From: a virus
Reading direction: 5' to 3' (one strand)
DNA: 64,000 bases
IMG/VR virus record: IMGVR_UViG_3300032294_002706
Span: 1-64,000 of that record
Positions 18,270 through 29,030 of this stretch are shown here, piece after piece. The first letter of the stretch is position 1. The number at the start of each line of letters is the position of its first letter. The position numbers and the translations under genes are program-made. The notes under the pieces are model-generated. The model was not told the DNA's origin. It saw nothing but the letters and a program-made list of their open reading frames with translations, and made no database searches.

Positions 18270-21200
18270 TTAATCAGTTGAACCTACTGCACTAAATGTT
18301 GAAATATCTAATTGGCTAAGTGGAGTAACAACTGCAGTTTCTTTTTCGTATTGAGTACCGACGGTTACGTCAAATGAAAATACTGAACCTGTTGAGTAGA
18401 TGTCTAATCCAATTTTCTTAGAGTACTTAACATTTTTTAGACCAGTTGGATTTGCTACTCTCCAGCCGCCAATGAATCCAAGTTTGTCGCTAGCTCTAAA
18501 TTGGAATATTAACGGAATCTTAATTGCATTAGCTGATCCGTATGCAAGCTGTTTGGTTGCGCCGGATGGGCTTAATCCAGCAACGGATACTGCCGAATAA
18601 GATGATGGTGCCATGTACAAATAAGCTCCACATGTATACTTACCTACTAAAAACTCATCGTTCTTAAGAAATCCATTCTTAATAGGGTATTGATTTTCTC
18701 TTAGCGTAGAAGAGGTTGTTCCCAACGTAACCGTTGTAGGTCTTTGATAGGCCGCTTGTTGCAGATAAGATGCGCCGAATACATTGGTTCCCTCAGACTC
18801 AGTAGTTTCGCAATGAATTGCTTGACTGAATGGAAGATACTTTTGAATGGTATCGGTCGTAAGATATGAAGGTCTTGCTGGAACCCAAGTTGTTTGATTC
18901 CAGGCAGTAGTTATCTCTGGGTGACTTTTGTGAATGCAGAACTCGCTTAATTTACCGTTACCGTTTGGCGTTGAACTAGTTAATGTGCCGTTCCATATAT
19001 TTGAATTAGCTGTCGTAGTATACGGAGTAGCCGATAGAGTTGGGTCAAACGGCACATAGTGACCGTATACATAAGGTACGTAGTTTGAACCTATTTGGAA
19101 TCCGTCGTATGCGTAGTTACCGGATGCCGCATTGACGTATGGATATACTCCTTGATTATCTCCAGCATATAGGTCATTTGCTAATGTAATATCTTTGTAA
19201 CGACTATACATAAATTGACTTTGAACATGAGATGATTGGTAACCGTCCTTTTGTACAAAATTACTAATGGTCTGATCAGTTGAGTTATTAATGCTTAATG
19301 GAACTCTGTCATATCGTAAATTCTTATGATAGTTAGAAGTCGGATATGCAACCGGATCCGATGTGTCAGCCGGAACTCCAATTCCTCCAGCTAAAGTTGA
19401 AATTAATTGTAGTGCAGTTTGTGATGTATTTTGTAATTGTACAATGTATTGTACTGCCACGACTTTTCCATTAGTATATTGTACTGGAGTTACACTAGTA
19501 TCTTTGATTAGATCCTTATAGTATCCAGCAAACAGAGAAATTGAATCTCCATTCTTTACTTCTTTTTCATTACCTAATTGATCAATGATACTTACTTTTA
19601 AAGCGCCGGCTCCAGTAGATATTGAAGTTTGAACTGCCGATAAATCATCAGCAATTGCCTTTAACTTTGTGTAAAGATCAACAACGTTTCCATCAGTTGC
19701 AAAAAATCCACTCGCAACGTCCTCAGCTTTGTGGGCGTAATACTTATCACGAGTCGTGAATGCGGTGGAAAGGTGAATATCTAATCCTTTTGAATTTAAT
19801 TCATCCTGGAAGTTTAAACGTGCCTCATCTGCAAATGCTTGTTGAGATACGATTGTTGCATCTTCAACCGTTTCAATATCAGCTGGGAATTCAACTAGAA
19901 TACTATCAGACCAGCCTGATTCAATTGGAGAATCTGGCCAACCTGCTTCAGATAAACTCTTGATTCTAATTTCAACGACTTCTCCCTTTTTAATTGGAAT
20001 GTCTAATTGATTTGAGTTAACTGTATCTGGATCCGCTAAATTTTCATCTGCCCATTCATAATAACCGGTTGACGTATTTAGCTTTTTAGTTCTGGCTTTA
20101 GATAAGTATTCTCTCCATGGCGAGAAGGCTCCAGTTACTTTATTTCCATTTGCATCAACGAACTCTATTTGATCGGCTGTTTTGCTACTGCCGGTCTTGC
20201 TTAAAGTACGATAAGATATTTTAAATTGAGCTACATTCTGTAATCCATGTAGAGTTTGTCTAGGTTCTGGAATAGCCCAAAATCCTCTAACTCGATATTC
20301 AGGATTCTTTATGAAACTTGGGGTTGATTTGATTGAGGTTGTAATATCGCTTACAACACTTTGTAAAGTTTTAGAAAGAGTTAATCGACGATCAGCATAG
20401 GTCTTTAAGTCTTGTTCAAGTTTTAATTTTTGACCTTCATTCAAAGACGCATTCGTATTTAAGTTAGCACGAGTTGCACTAATCTGCTTGTCAAGTTCAG
20501 ATATTTGAGATGAACTTTGTTCTTTAGATGCAATTTTTTGCTTGATCGCAAGAGTATTATCCGCATCCTGTATATGTTGATCAATTTGAATAACTTTAAA
20601 GTTAGTCGCAGTTGCAACCACTGGATTCGGACTCTCTCCTAATGAGGCTGGTAATTTTTTTTCCTTTGCATAGTTTAAGAAAATAAGACCAAAATCGGAT
20701 ACGAAATTTTGATAGAATTGAGTTAAGGTTAACTCTTTTCCATTTTGCATTGCAATGGTTAGATCATTGGTGTAAATTCCAAAACCTTGAGAGTATTGAT
20801 CAGTGGTTACCGCTAATCTATCACTTACTGGTTTTAAGAAAATTATATCTCTCTCATTATATCCAACATTTAGTTGAACAAGAGTAGATCTTTCAAGAAT
20901 CGGTTTAATTCTTAATTGGGCAGTACCTATTGCAATTCCGCTAGAACCGAAAACTAATTCAAGTATTACAGTGCGAGAGTTAATATCAACCGATTTGACT
21001 AAAAATTCACTATTATCAGCTGCAATTAATTTGTCTCCAGCCTTCAACGTTTTTTCTATTGTTCCGCTTGAAGTACTCTCAGTTAATCCAGAGTATTGTA
21101 GAGTTCCTAAACGGTATTTACGAATGGTTTCAGTTAGAGTTTGTCCACCGACTATTGCAGTTTCGCTATCTTCCAAAATGTCAAGAACATCGAATGCTCC

Positions 21201-21848
21201 TCTAACCGTATTCTTAGCCGGCGAAAGTTCTAATTCCGCAGTATCTTCAAAATATTGAATACCTCGATTGTTTAGATCTCTAATTACTGCAGCATAGGAT
21301 AAATTGTTTTTACCTCGGTATGTGGCATCAAAGTATTGAGTGTCACTAGCTATTTGAGAGGTAATGATTACTCGAATTACTTCAAAACGATTAATATCCG
21401 GATCAGTTGTTATAGTTGACGTATCAATATTAACGTAGAGTAATGGATTTAAGAAAGATTCAAAGAACCAATTCGTTTTGTAGTTGAACGCAGCAGGTAC
21501 TGCAACGCCAGTTGAACTCACTCTTTCTAGATCGTCAATTACTGTAGAAATATCCTTCAATTCAAAAGTTCGTAAGTTGCCGTCTTTGTCTTTTACACCA
21601 AGCTGGTTTGCATTGCCGCTTAATAGACTATTGAACTTCTCTTCAATGTTTTGAATTTGAGTGTTTAGGTAGCCAAATGATGGAATGTTATAGGTTGCAG
21701 TGCTTCCGTCTTGTTTGGTTTGAGTGACACTAACTGAATTAGCCTTAGTGGATAAGGACGTATTAAGCTTTAGCAAGAACTCTTGCATGTTGTTAATATC
21801 AACGCTTAGTTCTGCTAGGTAATCGGTTAGTGATGATTTATCTGCCAT
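18270..21848 (-). CDS. Putative structural protein with central coiled coil
   Basis: 1192 aa ORF in the late operon; coiled-coil stretch (KIASKEQSSSQISELDKQI...) followed by an FN3-like segment. Confidence 0.55.
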   Translation of the reverse strand: MADKSSLTDYLAELSVDINNMQEFLLKLNTSLSTKANSVSVTQTKQDGSTATYNIPSFGYLNTQIQNIEEKFNSLLSGNANQLGVKDKDGNLRTFELKDISTVIDDLERVSSTGVAVPAAFNYKTNWFFESFLNPLLYVNIDTSTITTDPDINRFEVIRVIITSQIASDTQYFDATYRGKNNLSYAAVIRDLNNRGIQYFEDTAELELSPAKNTVRGAFDVLDILEDSETAIVGGQTLTETIRKYRLGTLQYSGLTESTSSGTIEKTLKAGDKLIAADNSEFLVKSVDINSRTVILELVFGSSGIAIGTAQLRIKPILERSTLVQLNVGYNERDIIFLKPVSDRLAVTTDQYSQGFGIYTNDLTIAMQNGKELTLTQFYQNFVSDFGLIFLNYAKEKKLPASLGESPNPVVATATNFKVIQIDQHIQDADNTLAIKQKIASKEQSSSQISELDKQISATRANLNTNASLNEGQKLKLEQDLKTYADRRLTLSKTLQSVVSDITTSIKSTPSFIKNPEYRVRGFWAIPEPRQTLHGLQNVAQFKISYRTLSKTGSSKTADQIEFVDANGNKVTGAFSPWREYLSKARTKKLNTSTGYYEWADENLADPDTVNSNQLDIPIKKGEVVEIRIKSLSEAGWPDSPIESGWSDSILVEFPADIETVEDATIVSQQAFADEARLNFQDELNSKGLDIHLSTAFTTRDKYYAHKAEDVASGFFATDGNVVDLYTKLKAIADDLSAVQTSISTGAGALKVSIIDQLGNEKEVKNGDSISLFAGYYKDLIKDTSVTPVQYTNGKVVAVQYIVQLQNTSQTALQLISTLAGGIGVPADTSDPVAYPTSNYHKNLRYDRVPLSINNSTDQTISNFVQKDGYQSSHVQSQFMYSRYKDITLANDLYAGDNQGVYPYVNAASGNYAYDGFQIGSNYVPYVYGHYVPFDPTLSATPYTTTANSNIWNGTLTSSTPNGNGKLSEFCIHKSHPEITTAWNQTTWVPARPSYLTTDTIQKYLPFSQAIHCETTESEGTNVFGASYLQQAAYQRPTTVTLGTTSSTLRENQYPIKNGFLKNDEFLVGKYTCGAYLYMAPSSYSAVSVAGLSPSGATKQLAYGSANAIKIPLIFQFRASDKLGFIGGWRVANPTGLKNVKYSKKIGLDIYSTGSVFSFDVTVGTQYEKETAVVTPLSQLDISTFSAVGSTD

Positions 21849-21853
21849 TTAGT

Positions 21854-24028
21854 TTATCTAATTATTTTATCGACACTGAACGTTAAAGTTTTAGGATCTT
21901 TACATACTATTTCAATAATAGGTTTGCCAGTTCGACCGTAGGTTGTTGGAAAATCCGCAGCGGTTAATGTTGCAATTATTACACTGTACTGGCTTCCCGC
22001 ATTTACAATATTCTGTGAATCCGTTTTTATGGTTATTGTGTAAGAATTTGGAATGATTTGCGAATCGCAAACAATTTTTAATGATTGACCTGCTTTCCAA
22101 GTATTTGAAGAATCATCAATGAATAGGGTTAAATTACGATCCATTGTCCAAGGAATTGGGCTACCTGATCCGTTAACTTTTAGATGTCGAATTTGAGTTC
22201 CGCCTATTCCTAAGCTTTCAGTTCGTGAACCTAGCGTATTCACGCTAAAGTCTGCATCATTTATCCTAGAGAAAGCTTGAATATCTGAATAGAACGTGAT
22301 TTCTCCAGGAATGTGCTTGTCTAGCGAAACACCATATCCTGATTTAAAGGAGTCGGTGTTATATGTTATTTGTAATGAAGTATTGTTACTTAGTATCTCG
22401 TCAATTCTAGCATTTGCTGAATCGATTAGATCCATGATTGCGGATGCTTCTGCAAATGCAGCGGTTGATGCAGCAACGGTTGTTTCAAGAACGCCTATTC
22501 GTGTAGCTAAACTTTTTAGAGCAGTAGTATTTAATAAAGCATCTTTAGCTAAGTCAACTTCATCTGATAGTGTATTAAGTTCTAAAAGTTTATCATTAAA
22601 CTTTGTCTGTAGGCTTCTCATTTCCGTTAAAACATCCGTGAAAAGATTTAGAGAAAAAGTATTGTAATCATTTATTGATTTTTCAACTGCAACATCTTCA
22701 ATTGAGGTATCAAATTTAACGTTAACCTTGAATGCAAATGAATTACCATTGGTTTTATTGATTGTGTCTGGCTTGTTCTTAGTGATCATTGGAATAATGA
22801 ATTCACTTCCACTTTGAACCACTTTATTCAAGAAATAAACTCCATATAGGTTGGTTACGCTAACTGGTTCAGTTCCAGCCGTTGCATTTGGAGCTGGATC
22901 ATACACGTCATAATAGATTAGGATCGCATTAAATTCAAAATCCTCATTTGTGTAACTGTCATTTAATTGAGCAAATGATTTAATATCTGGATTTTGAGAA
23001 GCAATTAGATAGTTTGAAAGTGAGAAATCAATTACAACACCATCTAGCGTTGAACGTAAGTACTCAACGGTTCTGGTTCCGCTGTTATAGTTCTTGAAAA
23101 TTCTCTGAACTTTAGGCGTTGAACTTGTAACCCCGTATGGAGTTCCAAAGTAGGCAGCTTGGTCCGTATAGTAAGAATTATTAATCGATGAAGCTCCCCA
23201 CCAAAACCCAGTTGTGGTAGGCTGAACTGTTAAAGTATCTGATATTTTTGAACTAACTGTGTTTGTATCTAAATCATAAAATGCTTCAAGATTCATTCCA
23301 GCAAATGGATGAGTATCATTATAGTGTCTACCGTTTAGGTACTCAACATCTAACGGATCTCCAGGTGTATTAACAATTAGCATACCAGGTCCATAATTCT
23401 CATCAGGTTTTGAGTTGAATAGAACAGTTGGAGTTGATCCAACGTTTGTTGGAACATGAATGTATAATTCGCTGTATGAATTATCTTTACTGCGAACTGA
23501 GTTAACTACATCAATTTCGCCAATATACTTAACAACACGGTCATACGTAGAGATTGTTGGATCGTACCAATCTTCCGCCCAGCGTTTTTCACCAGCTGGC
23601 AAAGTTGAAATTACCTCGGAGGTGGTTGCATCTCTCCAACGCACTGCACCAAGCTCCTTCAACCATTTCCAAAAAACTCTCTCAGATACATTTAATTTCT
23701 TTTCACGATTGTAGGTTGATTGAGAAATTAATAAGCTCTCAAAGTTTAGAGCGTAGTTTTGAAAACTATTAGCTAGGTTAATATTTTCATTAGCTGAAAG
23801 ATTATTAAGCAGAGGAGTTTCACCAGGAGCTAGGAACTGGACTTTATTATCAGTTTGCATTGTTGCAGGGATCCCAATCTCTGGAATACGTAACAATGCG
23901 AACTTTGAAAATTTAAACTTATTTGTGTTATTGTTAAAGGTTAAACTTAGGTCCTCAATCGCGCTCTGAAAAGAATAGAACATTCCTTTCTGAGTTTGTA
24001 TGGGTTTTATTAATGGTGCAACTGCCAT
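21854..24028 (-). CDS. Putative structural (baseplate/tail) protein
   Basis: 724 aa ORF tightly packed in the late operon; coiled-coil segment followed by a beta-rich C-terminus. Confidence 0.55.
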   Translation of the reverse strand: MAVAPLIKPIQTQKGMFYSFQSAIEDLSLTFNNNTNKFKFSKFALLRIPEIGIPATMQTDNKVQFLAPGETPLLNNLSANENINLANSFQNYALNFESLLISQSTYNREKKLNVSERVFWKWLKELGAVRWRDATTSEVISTLPAGEKRWAEDWYDPTISTYDRVVKYIGEIDVVNSVRSKDNSYSELYIHVPTNVGSTPTVLFNSKPDENYGPGMLIVNTPGDPLDVEYLNGRHYNDTHPFAGMNLEAFYDLDTNTVSSKISDTLTVQPTTTGFWWGASSINNSYYTDQAAYFGTPYGVTSSTPKVQRIFKNYNSGTRTVEYLRSTLDGVVIDFSLSNYLIASQNPDIKSFAQLNDSYTNEDFEFNAILIYYDVYDPAPNATAGTEPVSVTNLYGVYFLNKVVQSGSEFIIPMITKNKPDTINKTNGNSFAFKVNVKFDTSIEDVAVEKSINDYNTFSLNLFTDVLTEMRSLQTKFNDKLLELNTLSDEVDLAKDALLNTTALKSLATRIGVLETTVAASTAAFAEASAIMDLIDSANARIDEILSNNTSLQITYNTDSFKSGYGVSLDKHIPGEITFYSDIQAFSRINDADFSVNTLGSRTESLGIGGTQIRHLKVNGSGSPIPWTMDRNLTLFIDDSSNTWKAGQSLKIVCDSQIIPNSYTITIKTDSQNIVNAGSQYSVIIATLTAADFPTTYGRTGKPIIEIVCKDPKTLTFSVDKIIR

Positions 24029-24042
24029 AGTACTTAATTAAA

Positions 24043-25110
24043 TTAGTTTACTGTTTTTATGTTATGTGAGCTTGTAATAACGAATCTAGCCGAAGTAACG
24101 GTAGGGCTTCCTATCGTTTCGTATTTTGTTAAGCTAACTGATGATCCGAACTTTCTTAGAGCGGCTCCACCAAGATCAGAGGTTCCTAATGGTGATTGAA
24201 CGTTTCCGTTGAATAATTGAACGTAATGATTTGATGAAAGTGCGGTAATTGCGGCAACCGGCGTAGCCGCAGCGCCTAATGAACTTCCATCTAAAAGAAC
24301 TGGAGTTCCAGTAGCAGAATTTGTGAATCCTGGTACAATTCGAATAGGTCCCCAACTTGCAACAGCCACATCAACGCTAGCAGAGGTTTGATAATCTCTA
24401 ACTACGATTGTGAAAGTTTGTCCTGGATCAGGTCTATCTGCTGGATCTTCATAAACGAATATGATTACCGGCTTTGATGAACTTGGGCTAGTATCCGCAG
24501 ATTTAACGGTTAGGTAAATGAATTGTTTACTTGATTTAGTTAATTTTAAAACTCCATAATAATAATCAACACCGCCAGTATTTAAAGCAGTTGTTGTGAT
24601 TACGGTATTTGTACTACCTTCTGTACTTTGAGTGATTGCTTGCTTTGGAAATGCTGCTTCTCCATAGAATTGTGAAGGAACTGAAACCGTTGAACTTCCA
24701 ACATAAAATCCGTCGGCAGTTACGTTTGCTAATGGAATTCCTACTCCTAATCTTTTAATAGCCATCGTATTTGCTGTACCGCTCATGTCAATTGTTCCAC
24801 CTGCTTGAATTACAAGCTTATCAATTGATAGAATAGATTTGCCGGAGCTCTTGGTTAAGCTACCGATAGTGTTAGTAGAATCCATGAAGGTGATACTATT
24901 TCCAAGAATAACGTTGTTCGTTTTTACTTGATTAAAGTAGTTGTCCACTCCAATGTACTTGTTAGTCAAATCTATCTCAAATGTATTGATTAGATCTTCA
25001 ACCTTTCCTTTGATCACGGAAACGTTAGCGTTTAGGATTAAACGCATGTCTGAGATGAAAGTTGACTCTAATAGAGGTTGTGTGTTTAGAGTTACGTTAG
25101 TAAATGCCAT
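24043..25110 (-). CDS. Putative fibre/structural protein
   Basis: 355 aa; N-terminal helix (MRLILNANV) similar in style to neighbouring fibre N-termini; first gene after a late-promoter box. Confidence 0.55.
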   Translation of the reverse strand: MAFTNVTLNTQPLLESTFISDMRLILNANVSVIKGKVEDLINTFEIDLTNKYIGVDNYFNQVKTNNVILGNSITFMDSTNTIGSLTKSSGKSILSIDKLVIQAGGTIDMSGTANTMAIKRLGVGIPLANVTADGFYVGSSTVSVPSQFYGEAAFPKQAITQSTEGSTNTVITTTALNTGGVDYYYGVLKLTKSSKQFIYLTVKSADTSPSSSKPVIIFVYEDPADRPDPGQTFTIVVRDYQTSASVDVAVASWGPIRIVPGFTNSATGTPVLLDGSSLGAAATPVAAITALSSNHYVQLFNGNVQSPLGTSDLGGAALRKFGSSVSLTKYETIGSPTVTSARFVITSSHNIKTVN

Positions 25111-25134
25111 TTTTTAGGTAGTTTTTTGTCTTTT

Positions 25135-25144
25135 TTATTTATTA
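25135..25144 (-). promoter_or_regulatory. Putative late promoter (TAATAAATAA)
   Basis: ATAAATA core about 25 nt upstream of ATG 25110; same 10-mer at 28542-28551. Confidence 0.6.
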
Positions 25145-25161
25145 AGAAAACCAGGAGGACC

Positions 25162-28100
25162 TTACATTTTGGCCTTTCTGCGGTTTAGTGTGTCCGTTAA
25201 GTATTTCTTATACTCAGGAATTGCTTTTGTATTTGCAGCAAAAAAGTCACGAGTTAATGAGAATACGTTATTATTAACGTCGGTCGCATCAACTGTTATT
25301 GAGTATGCACCAGGTTCGTCAAATCTCCAAATGAAAAATGAGGTTGATTTAATTTTAGCAATTTCTTCCCCAACATGTTTCAAGGTCCAAATACACTCCT
25401 TTTTAGAATCGATATTTGAAATTGCTGCAAATACTGGGTGCTCCAGAGGTACGACTAGACCATCCGATCCAATCTTCAAGTTGGTTAGATTAAAGGTGTT
25501 TTGATCGTAGTTTGAAGGTAAGAATCCTCTAACTGACGCGGACGGAGTTGAGGATGGTCCGCTTGTAGTATTAGTGAATTCAATGAAGCCTTTGTTTATC
25601 CAATAGTTAATGTTATTGGCATTTGCATAGATAGCAGGCTCGAGTGTATTTGGGTTAGAATATTCAAATCGCCATTCGGATACTGAAGTACCGGAAGGAC
25701 CGTATCCATGTGCGGAAATTACAGTAAGAGTTAGTGTATTGAACTCGGAGTTCTGAGTGAATGTTCCCTCTATCCATTTAGTTGGGTCGCTTGCACTTAG
25801 TGCCCTGATCATGGTTCCGCTTTGAAATTCTTTTCTCATGTTTAGAGTGAATGTGAAAACTGTTCCGAAAGAGCTTGAGCTAATTATACCAGGCGTTTTA
25901 GAAACGGCAGTTTCACCAGTCTTTTCTAAAATATCATCAAATGGTGCATTTAAGAAAAGCAGGTCATCGTCTATCCTTCTAGCTATTTGCGAAAGCTGAG
26001 TGTTTAGTCTATCCACTAGATCTCTGGAATAAACTCCAAATGGATAACAAAAAGTTTTTATTCTAAATTCATTCCCTGCTGAAGTTAAGACCTTTAGGAT
26101 TCGGTGAAGTCCCCTGTCCTGTTCAATTGCCCTTGCGTGAACTCGACCGTTTAGTGCAACGTATCGATATTGACTAACTTGAGCATCACTTGCAGAATTT
26201 AATTGATTGGCTAAGTCATCTGCATCAGTATAAGAGGTAACTACGTAGCTATTTAAAATATTCCAGTCTAGGAAATTAATGAAGTTAATTGTATCAAAAC
26301 TATTTGTCATGTTAGGTAAATCCAATATGAATCCGTTTATTCGGTCCGGTACGTAAGAAAAGTCACACATTCGATTCATTACTAATTCTCCAATTGTGGA
26401 TAACCCATAATCTGCTAGGGTAGGCTGGCCGAATTCACCTTTGCCTGTACCCCATTGTATGGCAACGTGATTGTCTGAGTCATCTATCGGCTCAAAACCT
26501 AAGCCTTCAGAATAAACTTCAACCTCTCTTTGTGGATTTCCGACTCCAAAATTATTGGAATAGGTATTCCAGTCAAGATAGTGAGCGGGTAAATCGGTGC
26601 TGGTGCTACCGGCTTGGATAACATTTGCAAATGGCTGATACAATGGGCTTGATGCAAGATCACCTATTGTAACATTATCTAAGTTTCGGAAATCATAGCG
26701 ATTCTTGTCCTGAATCTTAGTAAATATTTGAATAACAGGTTCCTCAGTTATAACGGTTGGGCGTAAGTAACTCACATTTTGTCCACCTTGCATATCGTAC
26801 ACAGTTGACTTGATTGTGTAGCGTCCAATATAGGGTAGAATGTGAGGAATTTTAACTAGGTCCAGCAAATTACCTCTCCAATTAAAAACATAGCCTTGTG
26901 GTCCAGAGATATCCCATTCAATTTCGTATCCATTTCGGTATTTGATATTGCCTATTGTGTAATGAGTTCCGCCAAAGTCAGCAAATTTAGAGCCGTCTAA
27001 TTGAGCGATCGTGAACTCTGGAATATAGGCTTCTAATGCGACCGGACATCCAACCTTTCCGTCAATATCATCGCCGCTGGTGAGTGGATTTGGCTGACCA
27101 TGGTATTGGAACTCGTAGTTATTTAAGTTTTGATAGTAATCTTTGATTGCTACAAGTAATGCAGGAATCTCTGAAACTGGATACTTTTGCGAGTATTGAT
27201 ATGGTTGAGTGGTTGATGTATTGAATGTTATGCTTGGAAATTGCGAAAGCACTGCAGTGTTAGACGGAGGTGCTATGCTAACTGTTTTAGGATATAGGGT
27301 TTTAATATCTCTAATTTGTAATAGTTGAGTCTTTGTAATTGGTGAGTTAATCACAACATTATAGTCATCATTAATCTCTAATGAATTGATATAGGTAACA
27401 TCCGACCAGCTTCTTAGGTTAAATTTATGAAAGTATATGAATTCGCCGATAATGTCCTTAATAACAACGTTTACTGGTAGCATGTCCTGCTTTAACTTAG
27501 TAGAGAGTCGGTTAAGTTTGTAGAATATTTCGTTAACCTCAAATTCAGTTGTGAATTCTACTTCTGGAACCCCGTCATCATCGTAATTATCGCTAGCTAC
27601 TGAAAATTCGTAAGCTAGAGCAAGAAACTCAGTCTTTTTGAATTTACCGCCTTTTTTAATTTGGCCGTTTAGTTCAACTAGATCGATTGAGTCTAGATTA
27701 CCTTGCGTCATCAAGTCTGTGATATCGACCATTGCATACTTTTGGTAATATGCTGAATTTGAATCGCGATCTTGCCAGTATTCTTTGACCCTAAGCACGT
27801 CTCGATAACCTAGAATGTTTATTAGATTAATTAATCCCTTGTAAGTACCAATATACGGATAAATTTGGTCTCGGTTTACAAGTATTTCTTTTCTAGCCTG
27901 ATTAATTTTATTCCAATCGGGTAAACTTTCCTTTAGATCATAGTCCTTAAGTAATAGGGCATCTTCTCTATTGAATTTAATACCGAAGTTTTCAAGCCAT
28001 ACTCTAAATCGGGCATCCTCATCCTCTCCCTCACCGTAAAATGTGATTGTTCCGATTAACTTGGTCTCTGAGGTAGTTTCATAGTAAATGTCTAAGATTC

Positions 28101-28518
28101 TAGTGTATGCAACCTCGTCAGTTGGTGCAAAACCAGCATTGACCTGTAATGGATACGCTAAGTCAAGATTAGTTGAACCGGTTGGATTGATATCAGAATA
28201 GACAACGTCTATTGAGTTAGCTCTATTTAAGAATATGGTTGAATCAGTGTTCTCATCTTCCTTTGATATTGTGAATAGAAAGAACTCCTTTGAGAATTGG
28301 GCAGTACGCCATTTGAATCTCAAGGCAGAACCTGGAGCCAGTGCTGGAAATTTATAGGCCGCACCTACTTTTTCTAGAATAAAGAGGTTAGAAACATCGT
28401 ACAGTGCAGTTGAAACCGGTAAAAAATAGTCAGCTCCTTCCCAAACACCGTTGGTATTCTGCGAAAAGTTATAAGATTCTCCGTTTTTATCAAAAAATAC
28501 GAGATTGTTAATATTCAT
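25162..28518 (-). CDS. Putative baseplate wedge protein with PKD-like domains
   Basis: 1118 aa; IGTYKGLINLINILGY resembles the (K)GT...L..FG baseplate-wedge motif; WRFDEPGAYSITVDATD and LPYIGRYTIKSTVYD are PKD-like. Confidence 0.55.
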   Translation of the reverse strand: MNINNLVFFDKNGESYNFSQNTNGVWEGADYFLPVSTALYDVSNLFILEKVGAAYKFPALAPGSALRFKWRTAQFSKEFFLFTISKEDENTDSTIFLNRANSIDVVYSDINPTGSTNLDLAYPLQVNAGFAPTDEVAYTRILDIYYETTSETKLIGTITFYGEGEDEDARFRVWLENFGIKFNREDALLLKDYDLKESLPDWNKINQARKEILVNRDQIYPYIGTYKGLINLINILGYRDVLRVKEYWQDRDSNSAYYQKYAMVDITDLMTQGNLDSIDLVELNGQIKKGGKFKKTEFLALAYEFSVASDNYDDDGVPEVEFTTEFEVNEIFYKLNRLSTKLKQDMLPVNVVIKDIIGEFIYFHKFNLRSWSDVTYINSLEINDDYNVVINSPITKTQLLQIRDIKTLYPKTVSIAPPSNTAVLSQFPSITFNTSTTQPYQYSQKYPVSEIPALLVAIKDYYQNLNNYEFQYHGQPNPLTSGDDIDGKVGCPVALEAYIPEFTIAQLDGSKFADFGGTHYTIGNIKYRNGYEIEWDISGPQGYVFNWRGNLLDLVKIPHILPYIGRYTIKSTVYDMQGGQNVSYLRPTVITEEPVIQIFTKIQDKNRYDFRNLDNVTIGDLASSPLYQPFANVIQAGSTSTDLPAHYLDWNTYSNNFGVGNPQREVEVYSEGLGFEPIDDSDNHVAIQWGTGKGEFGQPTLADYGLSTIGELVMNRMCDFSYVPDRINGFILDLPNMTNSFDTINFINFLDWNILNSYVVTSYTDADDLANQLNSASDAQVSQYRYVALNGRVHARAIEQDRGLHRILKVLTSAGNEFRIKTFCYPFGVYSRDLVDRLNTQLSQIARRIDDDLLFLNAPFDDILEKTGETAVSKTPGIISSSSFGTVFTFTLNMRKEFQSGTMIRALSASDPTKWIEGTFTQNSEFNTLTLTVISAHGYGPSGTSVSEWRFEYSNPNTLEPAIYANANNINYWINKGFIEFTNTTSGPSSTPSASVRGFLPSNYDQNTFNLTNLKIGSDGLVVPLEHPVFAAISNIDSKKECIWTLKHVGEEIAKIKSTSFFIWRFDEPGAYSITVDATDVNNNVFSLTRDFFAANTKAIPEYKKYLTDTLNRRKAKM

Positions 28519-28541
28519 GTGTGATGCCTAGCTCTTTACCT

Positions 28542-28551
28542 TTATTTATTA
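28542..28551 (-). promoter_or_regulatory. Putative late promoter (TAATAAATAA)
   Basis: ATAAATA core about 24 nt upstream of ATG 28518. Confidence 0.6.
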
Positions 28552-28607
28552 GAACCTTTACTCAGGTTAGGGCCGAATGCGCTATCTATGACTAGGTACA
28601 AAAAGGT

Positions 28608-29027
28608 TCATATCGTGTAGATCTCGCTCTCGCCTGAATAGCTTAACGAAACGAACTCGACTTTCTCGCCCTTGCCAATATGCTTGTAGATCTTTTTATA
28701 TTCCTTGGCATACCCGTTTTTTGCGATCTGAGTAAAGTAAGCAAAGGCATTATTTGACTTTTCTTCATTGAAATTTCGCCAGTATCTCAGCAGATCAAGC
28801 AGAGCTGACTGAATACAGTCCTCTTTGTCTAAAGGGTTACTGAATCTGAGCTTTAAGATTGCACGGTTTGCTAAAATTATAAAATAGTTGATTGCAATCG
28901 GTGAAAGTTCACCAGCTTTGTGTTGATAACCGGTTTCTTCATTTAGAAGTCCGTGCTTACACCTAATTATTTCATTTGTGAAGTCTCTATTGTTAATGTA
29001 GTACTTACTGTCCTTGGCTTTTGACAT
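28608..29027 (-). CDS. gp55: Late-transcription sigma factor (T4 gp55-like)
   Basis: YYINNRDF...EDCIQSAL...NFNEEKSNNAFAYFTQI matches the gp55 signature (YVNN..F...FDPEKS.NPFAYFTQI). Confidence 0.85.
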   Translation of the reverse strand: MSKAKDSKYYINNRDFTNEIIRCKHGLLNEETGYQHKAGELSPIAINYFIILANRAILKLRFSNPLDKEDCIQSALLDLLRYWRNFNEEKSNNAFAYFTQIAKNGYAKEYKKIYKHIGKGEKVEFVSLSYSGESEIYTI

Positions 29028-29030
29028 GAG

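Noticed and set aside
28552-28609. GAACCTTT/AAAGGTTC inverted repeat enclosing GGTTAGGGCC as a ribozyme
   Set aside because: Short stem, long unstructured loop and no complete ribozyme consensus seen.
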